Source: Patescibacteria group bacterium (lineage in GTDB: Bacteria; Patescibacteriota; Patescibacteriia; UBA9934). From it: a stretch of DNA of 38,020 nucleotides. The first letter of the stretch is position 1. Every line of letters begins with the position of its first letter. Under the pieces are notes generated by a model. That model was not told the DNA's origin and made no database searches. It was given only the letters and a program-made list of their open reading frames with translations. Where the stretch lies: assembly GCA_043820165.1 (NCBI GenBank), contig JBDRDZ010000037.1, positions 1 to 38,020 on the forward strand, read 5' to 3'. Below are positions 1 to 8,567 of the stretch, piece by piece. Made by a program: the position numbers and the translations under genes.

Positions 1-1
1 C

Positions 2-1300
2 TTCATTGCTGATTTTGATCAGACCAAAGTCATTGTCGGTGTACCAAACACTTTTACCAAAGCTTGGCTTGAAAAAAAGTATCATCGTGACATTTTAGAT
101 TCACTAAGAAATATCACCGAACAGGACATTAGGCTCCTGGAGTATCGTGTTGAAACACGCTCCGTCGCCCCGATGCCTGTTGTTTTAAATCCAGGAGAAG
201 AAATTATCCAACCCGAACCAGTTGAGCGAGAAGATTTTGGCTTCACGACCACCGCTCACGTGGCGGCACGAGAAACTATCGCTATAAACAATACTTACAC
301 CTTTGATACTTTTATTGTTGGTAAACAAAATGAACTAGCCCACGCGGCTTCTCAGGCGGTTGCCGCCCAACCAGGCGGCACCTATAACCCTCTCTTTATA
401 TATGGTGGTGTCGGGCTAGGAAAAACCCACTTGCTCCACTCGGTTGGAAATGAAGTTTTAAGCCGTAACCCAGATGCTCGGATTCTCTACGTTACCTGTG
501 AACATTTTACCAATGATTTTATCCAGGCTGTTCGTTCTGGAAAGGCTAAAGAGTTTAAAGATCGCTATCGAACGGTCGATCTGCTCCTAATTGACGATAT
601 TCAGTTCATTACCGGCAAAGAAGGAACCCAGGAAGAATTTTTTCACACCTTTAACACTCTTCACCAAGAGAATAAACAGATCGTTATTTCTTCTGATCGG
701 CCACCAAAAGCTATCGCCTCACTAGAAAAACGTCTGCTTTCACGTCTAGAGTGGGGCATGCTCGTTGATGTTGGCGCACCTGACCTTGAAACCCGTATTG
801 CTATCCTAGGGATCAAGTGTCAAGAGCGAGGAGTTGCCCTTGATCGAGATATTCTTCACTTTGTCGCCTCAAACATCAACTCAAACGTTCGTGAACTTGA
901 GGGCGCCCTAAACAAGATCGTCGCTTTTCACCAATTCAAAAACATTTCACCAACAGTTGAGACGGTTAAGCCGTTAATTGCCAGCTTTGACGTTAATAAC
1001 ATCAAAAAAACACTTTCCCCAAAACAAATTATTCACACCGTTGCCGAATATTTTGACATTCATATCGAAGATGTCTTGGGCAAGAGTCGAGAAAAGCGTC
1101 TAGCTTTTCCACGTCAGATCATTATGTTCTTGCTACGTGAAGAAATGAAAAGTTCCTACCCGACTATTGGTAGTGAGCTGGGCGGCCGCGACCACACTAC
1201 TGCTATGCATGCCTTTTCAAAGATATCGAGAATGCTTAAAGAAGATGAACAACTAAAGCGCGATCTTGAACTCATTAAGCAGAAGCTCTATTCAAGATAG
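2..1300 (+). CDS. dnaA: Chromosomal replication initiator DnaA (N-terminus runs off the 5' window edge)
   Basis: The frame of the 173..1300 ORF stays open back to nt 2 (FIADFDQTKVIVGVPNTFTKAWLEKKY..., DnaA domain I-like), so M173 is internal. Walker A GGVGLGKTHLL, Walker B LLLIDDIQF, NVRELEGAL sensor motif, C-terminal DNA-binding region GGRDHTTAMHA. dnaN follows. Confidence 0.95.
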   Translation, partial: FIADFDQTKVIVGVPNTFTKAWLEKKYHRDILDSLRNITEQDIRLLEYRVETRSVAPMPVVLNPGEEIIQPEPVEREDFGFTTTAHVAARETIAINNTYTFDTFIVGKQNELAHAASQAVAAQPGGTYNPLFIYGGVGLGKTHLLHSVGNEVLSRNPDARILYVTCEHFTNDFIQAVRSGKAKEFKDRYRTVDLLLIDDIQFITGKEGTQEEFFHTFNTLHQENKQIVISSDRPPKAIASLEKRLLSRLEWGMLVDVGAPDLETRIAILGIKCQERGVALDRDILHFVASNINSNVRELEGALNKIVAFHQFKNISPTVETVKPLIASFDVNNIKKTLSPKQIIHTVAEYFDIHIEDVLGKSREKRLAFPRQIIMFLLREEMKSSYPTIGSELGGRDHTTAMHAFSKISRMLKEDEQLKRDLELIKQKLYSR

Positions 1301-1562
1301 CCTAAAGGGGGTGAGGATAAGTACAAAATTTTGCTAACCCGCAAGTGGAAAAACAGGTGTACAACTGTGGTATAAAACTATCTGATAATAACCAACTAAA
1401 TACATCCACACTTCACCAGACTAGATACACAGTACTTCTACACTTTTACACAAGCGAAAGAATCACCAAGATCTGCCAAGAAAGCCACTTATCCCAATTA
1501 TTAACACCCCTTATTATTACTACTATATATAAATTAGATTTAATTAATAAATAATAAGCCCT
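1301..1562. other. Candidate oriC in the dnaA-dnaN spacer
   Basis: 262-bp non-coding spacer in the classic dnaA-dnaN position. Degenerate DnaA-box-like 9-mers: TGAGGATAA 1312..1320 (1 mismatch to TGTGGATAA), AGTGGAAAA 1344..1352, ACATCCACA 1402..1410, TTATCCCAA 1489..1497 (2 mismatches each). Very AT-rich tract at about 1500..1560 (ttattattactactatatataaattagatttaattaataaataataa) could be the unwinding element. Confidence 0.5.
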
Positions 1563-2699
1563 GTGAAGTTATCTGCCACTAGAGAGAACCTTTATCAAGG
1601 TCTCGCGATTACAAGTCATATCAGTACTAAGAACGTTAACCTACCAATTCTTAGTAACGTTCTCATGCAAGCTGATAAAGGAGGGCTAAAACTTATTTCA
1701 ACAAATCTTGAAATTACGATCACTTGTAATATTCGAGGTAAGGTTGAACAGGAAGGTGAATATACTATTCCTTCGAAACTATTTTTTGATTATGTCAGCC
1801 TGTTACCCAATGAAAGAATTGATGCTGACTTACACGATGACGCATTATCGATTGTTTGTGGTGATGCTAAAACAAAAATCAAAGGCATTGTAGCCTCTGA
1901 ATTCCCTTTAGTACCACCAGTGAAGTCTGACTTGACCTATTCGGTTTCAGTGAACGAGCTTAAAACTGCACTCTCACGCGTTCTGTTCGCCGCTGCGACC
2001 AACGAGGCTCGTCCCGAGCTGGCCGGCGTCCTACTTGCCTTTAATCATCCCACAAGCGGTGCTGGCACACTAACACTAGCCGCCACTGATAGCTATCGTT
2101 TGGCAGAGGCAGTTGTGAAACTCTCTAGTGGTGGTGGAGAGGTTAGACAAATGATCGTACCACAACGAACACTTTCAGAGTGGAACCGAATATTAGGCGT
2201 CTTTAAGGATGACGTTGAAGCACCAGTAGCAGTTGAGATTGGGCTCTCGGGTAATCAAATTGTTTTACGATACGGCGGGGTTGAGTTGTCTTCATCAATC
2301 ATTGAAAAAAACTACCCTGACTATAAACAAATTATTCCTAAAACCGTAAAGACAGAGATTGTTATTGATCGCCAAGAATTTATTCAAGCCATTAAGGCCG
2401 CTAGTTTATTTTCAAAAACCGGACTTTATGATGTTGGTCTAAAAGCGACAACCGGGGGGCTCGAACTCTCAGCACTAGATGCTGCCAGAGGTGAAAATAA
2501 GGTACTCCTAGCCAGTGAGATGACAGGCGATGAAAACCTGATTACGCTGAACTTCCGGTTCTTGCTCGATGGCGTTAACGCAATGGATTCCGCAAAAGTT
2601 AGATTGAAGATGATTGATGGCGCCAATCCGTGCATTGTTGTCCCAGAGGGCGCCACGGATGAGAAATATCAGTATATCGTCATGCCAATCAGGCAATAA
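1563..2699 (+). CDS. dnaN: DNA polymerase III beta sliding clamp
   Basis: 378 aa, GTG start, directly downstream of dnaA. Clamp-typical N-terminus (MKLSATRENLYQGL...NLPILSNVLM), ATDSYRLA motif, C-terminal YIVMPIRQ. Confidence 0.93.
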   Translation: MKLSATRENLYQGLAITSHISTKNVNLPILSNVLMQADKGGLKLISTNLEITITCNIRGKVEQEGEYTIPSKLFFDYVSLLPNERIDADLHDDALSIVCGDAKTKIKGIVASEFPLVPPVKSDLTYSVSVNELKTALSRVLFAAATNEARPELAGVLLAFNHPTSGAGTLTLAATDSYRLAEAVVKLSSGGGEVRQMIVPQRTLSEWNRILGVFKDDVEAPVAVEIGLSGNQIVLRYGGVELSSSIIEKNYPDYKQIIPKTVKTEIVIDRQEFIQAIKAASLFSKTGLYDVGLKATTGGLELSALDAARGENKVLLASEMTGDENLITLNFRFLLDGVNAMDSAKVRLKMIDGANPCIVVPEGATDEKYQYIVMPIRQ

Positions 2700-2720
2700 A
2701 TTTAATATGGAGTAGAAAAA

Positions 2721-2746
2721 AACAGGCTCCTTCGAGCCTGTTTTTG
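2721..2746. terminator. Bidirectional intrinsic terminator between dnaN and the convergent PBP gene
   Basis: aacaggctc-cttc-gagcctgtt perfect 9-bp stem, with an A-run upstream and a T-run downstream. Confidence 0.8.
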
Positions 2747-2747
2747 A

Positions 2748-5702
2748 TTATTCTGTTTCAGATTCTTCCTCCCCGGGCGGTGGCTCGACCAACTGCAGGG
2801 CGGCATCAACCTCCTCAGCTGGCAGTTCGCTAATCATAACTCGGATTGGCGCGGCGTCTACCACCTCACCGTCGCTAGTTGTTGCCGTGGCTTTAATCAG
2901 ATATTCGCCAGACTCAGGAATTGCCCAATTGATCACATTAATCGATGTCAGGTCCTGAAGGTCGCTGACGACAAAACTACTACTTGCAGTCCAAAGGTTT
3001 TGAGCCATGACTGACAGGGACCGCAGACTGCCTGGTGAGGCAACCTCGATTACGATTTGATAGTTTTCCTGAGTTCTTTCTATGACTTGATTGTTGTATG
3101 GATTAGAGATTGATATTCCATTAGCAGAACCGGACTCGATAACTTTGATCGAAATTTCTTTACTACCCTGATTATCAACATCATCGTAGGCTGTGACAGT
3201 CAGCGTGTGTGAACCTTCTGATACCCAGCTTGGTAGGGTCATGAAAGTTCCTGTTGGGTTGGTATCCATCCAGGCAAAATTACCATCGATGAGGTACTCG
3301 ACTCGACTAATTGATCGGCGAGCGTTGACTTGAAGGCTGATGCTAAATGAGCGACCAACTTCATCGCTGCCGGAGGGGCTGAGAATACCTACCATTGGTT
3401 TGTTGGCAGCAGTATGAACATCGTCTTCTTCCTCAGGGATTTCGCAAAGCTCCATTGGTACCTCGTCTTCTTTAAGATTTTCATTGCGCTTAGTTAGATA
3501 GCTAGCTATTCCGGCTTCCCAGGCGCTATAGTGTGGATCTTTGGATGGATTTTTTGGCGGATCACCAAGTGGATTTGAACGATCAACAAAGTAAAGTATG
3601 GAGTGATATTCGCCGCAATTCTTTTCTTCGCGGAAGCGTTCCGGAGTTTGATCAGTGGCTAATTTCCCTGAGGCTGAATCGATAATCACACGTTCACTTG
3701 GGATGGCGCCGTCCAAGATTGATTTACCAGTCGATGGAATTTTTGGTGCCGTAAAGCCTTCGACCGGTGTGCCTTCTAGTGCCCGGCGCATGAATTCGTT
3801 CCAAATTGGAGCGGCTACGGTTGATCCACCTGAGCCGCGTGACATTGCTGCACCGTTAGTATTGCCGGTCCAGACACCAGCTACTAAAGACGGCGTATAA
3901 CCGACAGTCCAACCGTCGTTGTAGTCGTTGGTTGTTCCGGTTTTAGTGGCAACTGGCCGTCCTGGCAGAGTTAGTAAACCGCCAGCGCCAAAGAAAGGTG
4001 CTCGTGCCCCGTCGTCTGACAGCACATTGGACATCATTCTTGTGATATTTTGTTCAAGTACTCGCTTACCACCATCATCTTTGTGCTCTTCTAGTATTTT
4101 CCCATTTGCGTCCTCGACTTTTAAAATAGCAACAGGCTCGCGGTAAATACCTTCTGAGGCAAAAGTGGCATAGGCGGCGACATGATCGAGTAATTTGACT
4201 TCACCACCACCAAGCACAATTGCCAGGCCGAAATTTGAGCGATCTCCAAAGGTTGTATAACCGAGCCGTTCAGCAAAATCTATGCCCTGATCGACACCAA
4301 CTAGGTAGAGCATCTTGACGGCTGGAATGTTGAGCGATCCTTGCAGAGCCTTGCGAACAGTGATTGGTCCGCGCTCGCCTAGATCGTAGTTTTTAGGAGT
4401 GTACGGGCCAGTAGCAGTAGGAAAAGATGTTACTGTATCCCAGAGAATTGTGTTTGGTGTGTAGCCCTTTTCAAAACCAGCTGAGTAAATGATCGGTTTG
4501 AAACTTGAACCCGGTTGTAGCGGTCGTAAAGCTACATTGACCTGTCCGTCAATTTCATCATCGAAGTAATCAACCGAGCCAACCATGGCTAAAATTTCAC
4601 CAGTGTTTGGGTCGAGAGCAACCAGACCAGAGTTATTAAAACCGTGGCTTTCCGACCGTGCCTCCTTGTTGTTGGCAACAGCTTCCTCGGCAATTCTTTG
4701 TTTTTCAAAATCCAATGACGTCGTTACTTTAAGGCCGCCTTGTTCAACAACCCGCTGTCCGTAGGTTTCTTCAAGCTGCTCTTTAACCCAAAGTACAAAA
4801 TGCGGTGCGTCAATACCGGAAAGTTTAAGATTGACCGGTGTATCTTGCGCCAGGGCAGCGTCTCGATCAGACTCAGAAATATAATCGAGGTCGGCTAGGC
4901 TGTTAAGGATCCAATCGCGCCTTACCTTCAGCTTTTCCGGATCGTTTAAAAACATGGTTGGCGCCTGCGGTAGAGCAGCAACCGTTGCGGCTTCGGCTAA
5001 GGTTAGATCTTGAACGTGTTTACTAAAATAAGCCTGGGAAGCTGACTCAACGCCATAGTTGGTTGAGCCATACGGGATCTCGTTTAGATAAAGTTGAAGA
5101 ATCTCGTCTTTAGTGAAGCGTCGTTCTAGAGCCATCGACAGAATAATTTCTTTGATTTTACGAGTGTAGGTTTGCTCGGTGGTTAAGATGGCGTTTTTGA
5201 CTAACTGCTGGGTGATCGTTGAGGCACCTTGGCCGGTCGGGTCAAGTGTAGTGACGTTAAAGAGAGCTGCACGTAAGATACCTTTGTAATCAATACCACC
5301 GTGCTCATAAAATTTTCTATCCTCAGCAACCAGAGTTGCCCACTGCATGTAGTCAGGAATTTCTTCGATCACGACTAGTGTGCGCTTTTCATCACCAGCA
5401 ATCTCATAAAGTAGATGCTTGCCATCGCGATCATAAATTTTTGTTGATTGTGCCACTTCTCGGCTTTGCAGCGAGTTCGGGTCAGGTAAGTCTTTTGATA
5501 ACCAGGCAAAAAGTCCTAAAAAGACGATGGCGCCAAAGAGACATAAGGCAATAGCGGCAAGAACAAGATTTTTTAGTAGGCCGCGCTTTTTAAACTTTTT
5601 AAAAAATCTACCTAGAAGATATTTTGCCTTATCGAAAAATTTTCCGCCCTTTGGTAGGCGAGGTTTTTTCTTCTGTGAGGCCCAAGTTTGACCTGATTTC
5701 AT
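2748..5702 (-). CDS. Class A penicillin-binding protein (PBP1A-type glycosyltransferase/transpeptidase) with C-terminal Ig-like domains and acidic tail
   Basis: 984 aa. N-terminal basic tail plus one TM. GT51 motifs VAEDRKFYEHGGID and GASTITQQLVKN. Transpeptidase SSFKP (SxxK), SLN (SxN), KTGTT (KTG). About 230-aa C-terminal extension with two beta-rich Ig-like segments, ending in EPPPGEEESETE. Confidence 0.9.
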   Translation of the reverse strand: MKSGQTWASQKKKPRLPKGGKFFDKAKYLLGRFFKKFKKRGLLKNLVLAAIALCLFGAIVFLGLFAWLSKDLPDPNSLQSREVAQSTKIYDRDGKHLLYEIAGDEKRTLVVIEEIPDYMQWATLVAEDRKFYEHGGIDYKGILRAALFNVTTLDPTGQGASTITQQLVKNAILTTEQTYTRKIKEIILSMALERRFTKDEILQLYLNEIPYGSTNYGVESASQAYFSKHVQDLTLAEAATVAALPQAPTMFLNDPEKLKVRRDWILNSLADLDYISESDRDAALAQDTPVNLKLSGIDAPHFVLWVKEQLEETYGQRVVEQGGLKVTTSLDFEKQRIAEEAVANNKEARSESHGFNNSGLVALDPNTGEILAMVGSVDYFDDEIDGQVNVALRPLQPGSSFKPIIYSAGFEKGYTPNTILWDTVTSFPTATGPYTPKNYDLGERGPITVRKALQGSLNIPAVKMLYLVGVDQGIDFAERLGYTTFGDRSNFGLAIVLGGGEVKLLDHVAAYATFASEGIYREPVAILKVEDANGKILEEHKDDGGKRVLEQNITRMMSNVLSDDGARAPFFGAGGLLTLPGRPVATKTGTTNDYNDGWTVGYTPSLVAGVWTGNTNGAAMSRGSGGSTVAAPIWNEFMRRALEGTPVEGFTAPKIPSTGKSILDGAIPSERVIIDSASGKLATDQTPERFREEKNCGEYHSILYFVDRSNPLGDPPKNPSKDPHYSAWEAGIASYLTKRNENLKEDEVPMELCEIPEEEDDVHTAANKPMVGILSPSGSDEVGRSFSISLQVNARRSISRVEYLIDGNFAWMDTNPTGTFMTLPSWVSEGSHTLTVTAYDDVDNQGSKEISIKVIESGSANGISISNPYNNQVIERTQENYQIVIEVASPGSLRSLSVMAQNLWTASSSFVVSDLQDLTSINVINWAIPESGEYLIKATATTSDGEVVDAAPIRVMISELPAEEVDAALQLVEPPPGEEESETE

Positions 5703-5822
5703 AGTTTTCTTTGTGAAAAATAATACAAACAGCTGTTTCGATTGTACAGAATTATACGTAAAAATGCAATTCTAAGCATAAGTAAAAGTAGGCTAAAATT
5801 AGCCTAAATTCACAGCAGTAAG

Positions 5823-5851
5823 TTGACTTTTTAGTCATTTTGTGGTATAGT
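5823..5851 (+). promoter_or_regulatory. Sigma70-like promoter upstream of the 3D-domain gene
   Basis: TTGACT (5823..5828), 17-nt spacer, TATAGT (5846..5851), with extended -10 TGg. Confidence 0.55.
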
Positions 5852-5907
5852 GCTCATCCCTGGTTAATCCGGGGCTTTTTTTATTCCTATAAAAGGGATA
5901 TACACCT

Positions 5908-6453
5908 ATGAATAAACAATCAAAAAACCGTGCCTTAAAGACGGTTAAAAAATCGAAGTTTGAAATCGGCCTGATTTCAGTTATGGCAGTTTTGCTTGTC
6001 ATGTTTGCTGTCCCAACCGGCGAGGCCTTGGCTGACGAAAACGTTCAGTTTGAGAACCTCGACGAAGGCATTGCTCTTCGTGCACAGGTCATCCAAAATG
6101 CATTTACCCCGTTTGGAGAATTGCCTGAAGCCGAATTAGCTCCGCCGCTTTATTCGCGGGAAATGACCATTACGGCCTATAACTCTGTTGCCGCCCAAAC
6201 TGACTCAACACCTTGTATTGGTGCAGCTGGTACTAACGTCTGTGCTACCTACCAGTCAGGTACCAACGTCTGTGCGGCCAACTTCGTACCTAAGGGTACT
6301 TGGTTGGAGGTTGAAGGACTTGGCCGATGTCGAGTTGACGACCGTATGAACGCACGATATTACTACCGAGTTGACTGGTTTATGGACAAAAACGTTTCAG
6401 CTGCTCGCCAATTTGGCGTTCAAACACGAACGGTTTCAGTCTACCCATCGTAA
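5908..6453 (+). CDS. Secreted 3D-domain (MltA/RlpA-like double-psi beta-barrel) protein, putative cell-wall-binding or lytic
   Basis: 181 aa. N-terminal basic region plus TM/signal (IGLISVMAVLLVMFAVP). C-terminal MTITAYNSVAAQTDSTP...ANFVPKGTWLEVEGLGRCRVDDRMNARYYYRVDWFM...FGV matches the remembered 3D-domain pattern (TAY..QTD...G..v.g.G...v.DRm...iD). Confidence 0.6.
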   Translation: MNKQSKNRALKTVKKSKFEIGLISVMAVLLVMFAVPTGEALADENVQFENLDEGIALRAQVIQNAFTPFGELPEAELAPPLYSREMTITAYNSVAAQTDSTPCIGAAGTNVCATYQSGTNVCAANFVPKGTWLEVEGLGRCRVDDRMNARYYYRVDWFMDKNVSAARQFGVQTRTVSVYPS

Positions 6454-6462
6454 ATTAAACAA

Positions 6463-6490
6463 AAGACGGCCTTGCCAGGTCGTCTTTTGT
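6463..6490 (+). terminator. Intrinsic terminator after the 3D-domain gene
   Basis: aagacg...cgtctt stem followed by tttt. Confidence 0.6.
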
Positions 6491-6552
6491 GATGCTAAGA
6501 TTTAGTAACGAATCATCTTGATTCGATGTAACTACATAAGTAATCAATAAAT

Positions 6553-7131
6553 ATGAAAACAAAGATTATTGCATCAGCTCTCGGTATCATCTTGCTTGGC
6601 GCAGGGTGCTTGGGAGGTGGAGGCACAGATTCACCTGATAATAACGATACCGATACTGACGGTACAGCCGCATCAAATTGGGATTTGGCTTTCGACCTAC
6701 CCGAAGGCTGGATTGTCTCGTCTGACTATTCTGAAGGCTCGATTATGCCATCAGCAGAAGGTATCAGCCCCGAACTAACTGATATTGTGATTCAAAGCAC
6801 CGATAAGAACATTATGCTTAAAGAAATCGAAGATATTGAGTTGAGCGAGGATCAAATTGAAACCGAGAGCTATACTCGCATCCAAGTTTATCGCTATACA
6901 CCTCGTAAAAGCGTGCCAGATAATGCTGAAGATCTGGGCAACGGTTTTTACAAAGCTGAATTTTGTAAAGAAGGCGACGCGTGTGATGTCGGTGGTCGTA
7001 CGCGCTACGATTATTATTTCAGAACTGAACACAACCTCTTCGTTTTCTTGATTCATCAGAAAAACCAAGATATTCAGGCGGCCGAAGGTGTTATCTTGAC
7101 AGCGACTGAAACTGAATTTGCAGGACAATAA
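6553..7131 (+). CDS. Hypothetical lipoprotein
   Basis: 192 aa. Signal peptide with lipobox LLGAGC, then a Gly/Asp/Thr-rich linker (GGGGTDSPDNNDTDTDGT). No family recognised. Confidence 0.65.
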   Translation: MKTKIIASALGIILLGAGCLGGGGTDSPDNNDTDTDGTAASNWDLAFDLPEGWIVSSDYSEGSIMPSAEGISPELTDIVIQSTDKNIMLKEIEDIELSEDQIETESYTRIQVYRYTPRKSVPDNAEDLGNGFYKAEFCKEGDACDVGGRTRYDYYFRTEHNLFVFLIHQKNQDIQAAEGVILTATETEFAGQ

Positions 7132-7142
7132 AAAACAAAAAA

Positions 7143-7167
7143 TCGGACTTCAACGTCCGGTTTTTTA
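7143..7167. terminator. Bidirectional terminator between the lipoprotein gene and tRNA-Cys
   Basis: tcggac-ttcaac-gtccgg hairpin flanked by an A-run (7130s) and T-run (7161..7166). Works on both strands. Confidence 0.6.
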
Positions 7168-7169
7168 TT

Positions 7170-7244
7170 TGGAGGCCAGAGCGGGAATCGAACCCGCGCA
7201 TCGAGGTTTTGCAGACCTCAGCGTTACCACTTCGCCATCTGGCC
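7170..7244 (-). tRNA. tRNA-Cys (anticodon GCA), CCA encoded
   Basis: Reverse complement is GGCCAGATGGCGAAGTGGTAACGCTGAGGTCTGCAAAACCTCGATGCGCGGGTTCGATTCCCGCTCTGGCCTCCA. Acceptor GGCCAGA/TCTGGCC. Anticodon stem GAGGT/ACCTC with loop CTGCAAA. T-arm GCGGG-TTCGATT-CCCGC. Discriminator U as expected for Cys. Confidence 0.93.
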
Positions 7245-7323
7245 ATCAGGCTCGCAAAAATTTTTTGCAATTCTGTTGTCCGATATTATCATATTTCAAT
7301 GAATGAATCAACCCTTAAATAAA

Positions 7324-7346
7324 AGACCGGACTTGAGCCCGGTCTT
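7324..7346 (-). terminator. Intrinsic terminator after the 7349.. minus-strand gene
   Basis: agaccgg-acttgagc-ccggtct. On the minus strand it is followed by ttttattt. Confidence 0.7.
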
Positions 7347-7348
7347 GT

Positions 7349-7777
7349 TTATACTTGCTTTGTTTCCTGAAGAATCCTAATGATTTGATCAAGTGGCAGG
7401 GAAGCTAGATTTTTTGGCACTAGCTCTGAAATACTATTTTTTACATCTGTATGTAGCGCTTCAGTAATTTCATTTTTCAGCGCCTCCGGAACACAAAGAA
7501 CGATGACTTTGTAGTCCTGCTTGAGCAGATTTTGTAACCGAGCATTAAGATTCGAATACAGTTCTACTCGACTGTGCCGCTTCATTTCATCGATATCAGG
7601 CGGCCCTGAATTTGGTGTGCCCGAGGCCCGTTCCTCAGGTCTTTGAGTTGTAACGTTGAGTATTTCAAGCTCTTCGACCTCCTTTTCATTAGCTCCAAAA
7701 ATCTTTGCTAGCTCGTTGTTAGTGACGACGATTAGCGTTTTTTTCGGATAGCCAACATAATGTTCCGAGATCTTCAT
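7349..7777 (-). CDS. Hypothetical protein, possibly Host_attach / bacterial eRF1-like (baeRF) family
   Basis: The ORF is open to 7834, but that start would overlap the divergent promoter. M20 (MKISEHYVG, ATG at 7775..7777) is preferred. The pattern TLIVVTNNELAKIF...RHSRVELYSNLNARLQNLLKQDYKVIVLCVPEALKNEI...LVPKNL resembles the Host_attach layout (w.lvad...ari....F...la..L....d.lvlvapp..lg.lr). Assigned from memory only. Confidence 0.45.
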   Translation of the reverse strand: MKISEHYVGYPKKTLIVVTNNELAKIFGANEKEVEELEILNVTTQRPEERASGTPNSGPPDIDEMKRHSRVELYSNLNARLQNLLKQDYKVIVLCVPEALKNEITEALHTDVKNSISELVPKNLASLPLDQIIRILQETKQV

Positions 7778-7858
7778 ACATATTAATACTATCAGACTTG
7801 GATATATTTTGCACGTTATTTCAAGGTTAATCAAAGTTTTGTGATATAATTTGCCTGT

Positions 7859-8566
7859 ATGATAGGAGGTTCATGGAGAAATCGCATCGAGTCATCTATC
7901 CGAGAGATAGTTTTTGGGCTCGAGGACAGTTTAGTCTCGACTCTTGGAGCTATTACCGGCATTGCGGCTGGGACCGGTAATTCCTTTGTAGTTATCCTCT
8001 CGGGGGTTGTTTTGATTTTTGTCGAGGCGGTCTCTATGGCGGCCGGCAGCTATCTTTCGTCAAAATCAGCTCGAGAAGTTTATGAATCTAGGCTCAAGCA
8101 AGACAAATCCAGAATTTTGCAGGAACGAGTCAGTGACGATGAATCGTTGCATGATATGTTGCAACGAAAAAGATTTTCCAAGCGTGAGATTGAAATTATT
8201 TTTGAAGCGCTCTCCAAAGAAAGAAAGATGTGGCTCCGTGAGGTAAAAAGATCCGAGTATCGCTTTGCGCCAAGTGTTGCCACTAACCCAGTTCGTTCCG
8301 GAATCGTTATGGGCGTATTTTATTTAATCGGTGGCATTTTTCCTCTGCTACCATATTTATTCCTACCAGTTTACTCAGCTATCACGCCTTCAATATTGAT
8401 CAGTGGCATCTTGCTTTTTGCCCTCGGAGTAGCTAAAGGCAAAGTAGTTAATACTCATCCGCTCAAAAGTGGACTGGAGATGACGGTTATTTCATTGTCA
8501 GCAGCTATTGTAGGCTTCCTGGTTGGTCGATTAGTTGCAGACATCTTTGGTATTGAGATTGTTTAA
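7859..8566 (+). CDS. VIT1/CCC1-family iron/manganese transporter
   Basis: 235 aa. N-terminal IREIVFGLEDSLVSTLGAITGIAAG (VIT signature G..D(G/S)lvs.l.l..G.a), central cytoplasmic helical segment, three C-terminal TM helices. ATG lies 8 nt after a TGaTATAAT extended -10 (7842..7850), so the mRNA may be leaderless. Confidence 0.8.
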   Translation: MIGGSWRNRIESSIREIVFGLEDSLVSTLGAITGIAAGTGNSFVVILSGVVLIFVEAVSMAAGSYLSSKSAREVYESRLKQDKSRILQERVSDDESLHDMLQRKRFSKREIEIIFEALSKERKMWLREVKRSEYRFAPSVATNPVRSGIVMGVFYLIGGIFPLLPYLFLPVYSAITPSILISGILLFALGVAKGKVVNTHPLKSGLEMTVISLSAAIVGFLVGRLVADIFGIEIV

Positions 8567-8567
8567 T

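Noticed and set aside
1345-1554. 69-aa ORF in the dnaA-dnaN spacer
   Set aside because: Low-complexity, AT-driven ORF with no SD. It lies inside the probable oriC, so it is most likely non-coding.
5852-5907. ydaO/c-di-AMP riboswitch upstream of the 3D-domain gene (a common association for cell-wall hydrolases)
   Set aside because: The leader is only about 50 nt, far too short for that riboswitch. Only a single hairpin is present.
6569-7128. Overlapping ORFs 6569..6778, 6775..7128 (minus strand) and 6857..7051 within the lipoprotein gene
   Set aside because: They are nested in or antisense to a longer ORF that has a clear lipobox signal peptide. No independent support.
7118-7306. 62-aa ORF on the plus strand
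   Set aside because: It overlaps tRNA-Cys (7170..7244, minus strand) and a terminator, so it is spurious.
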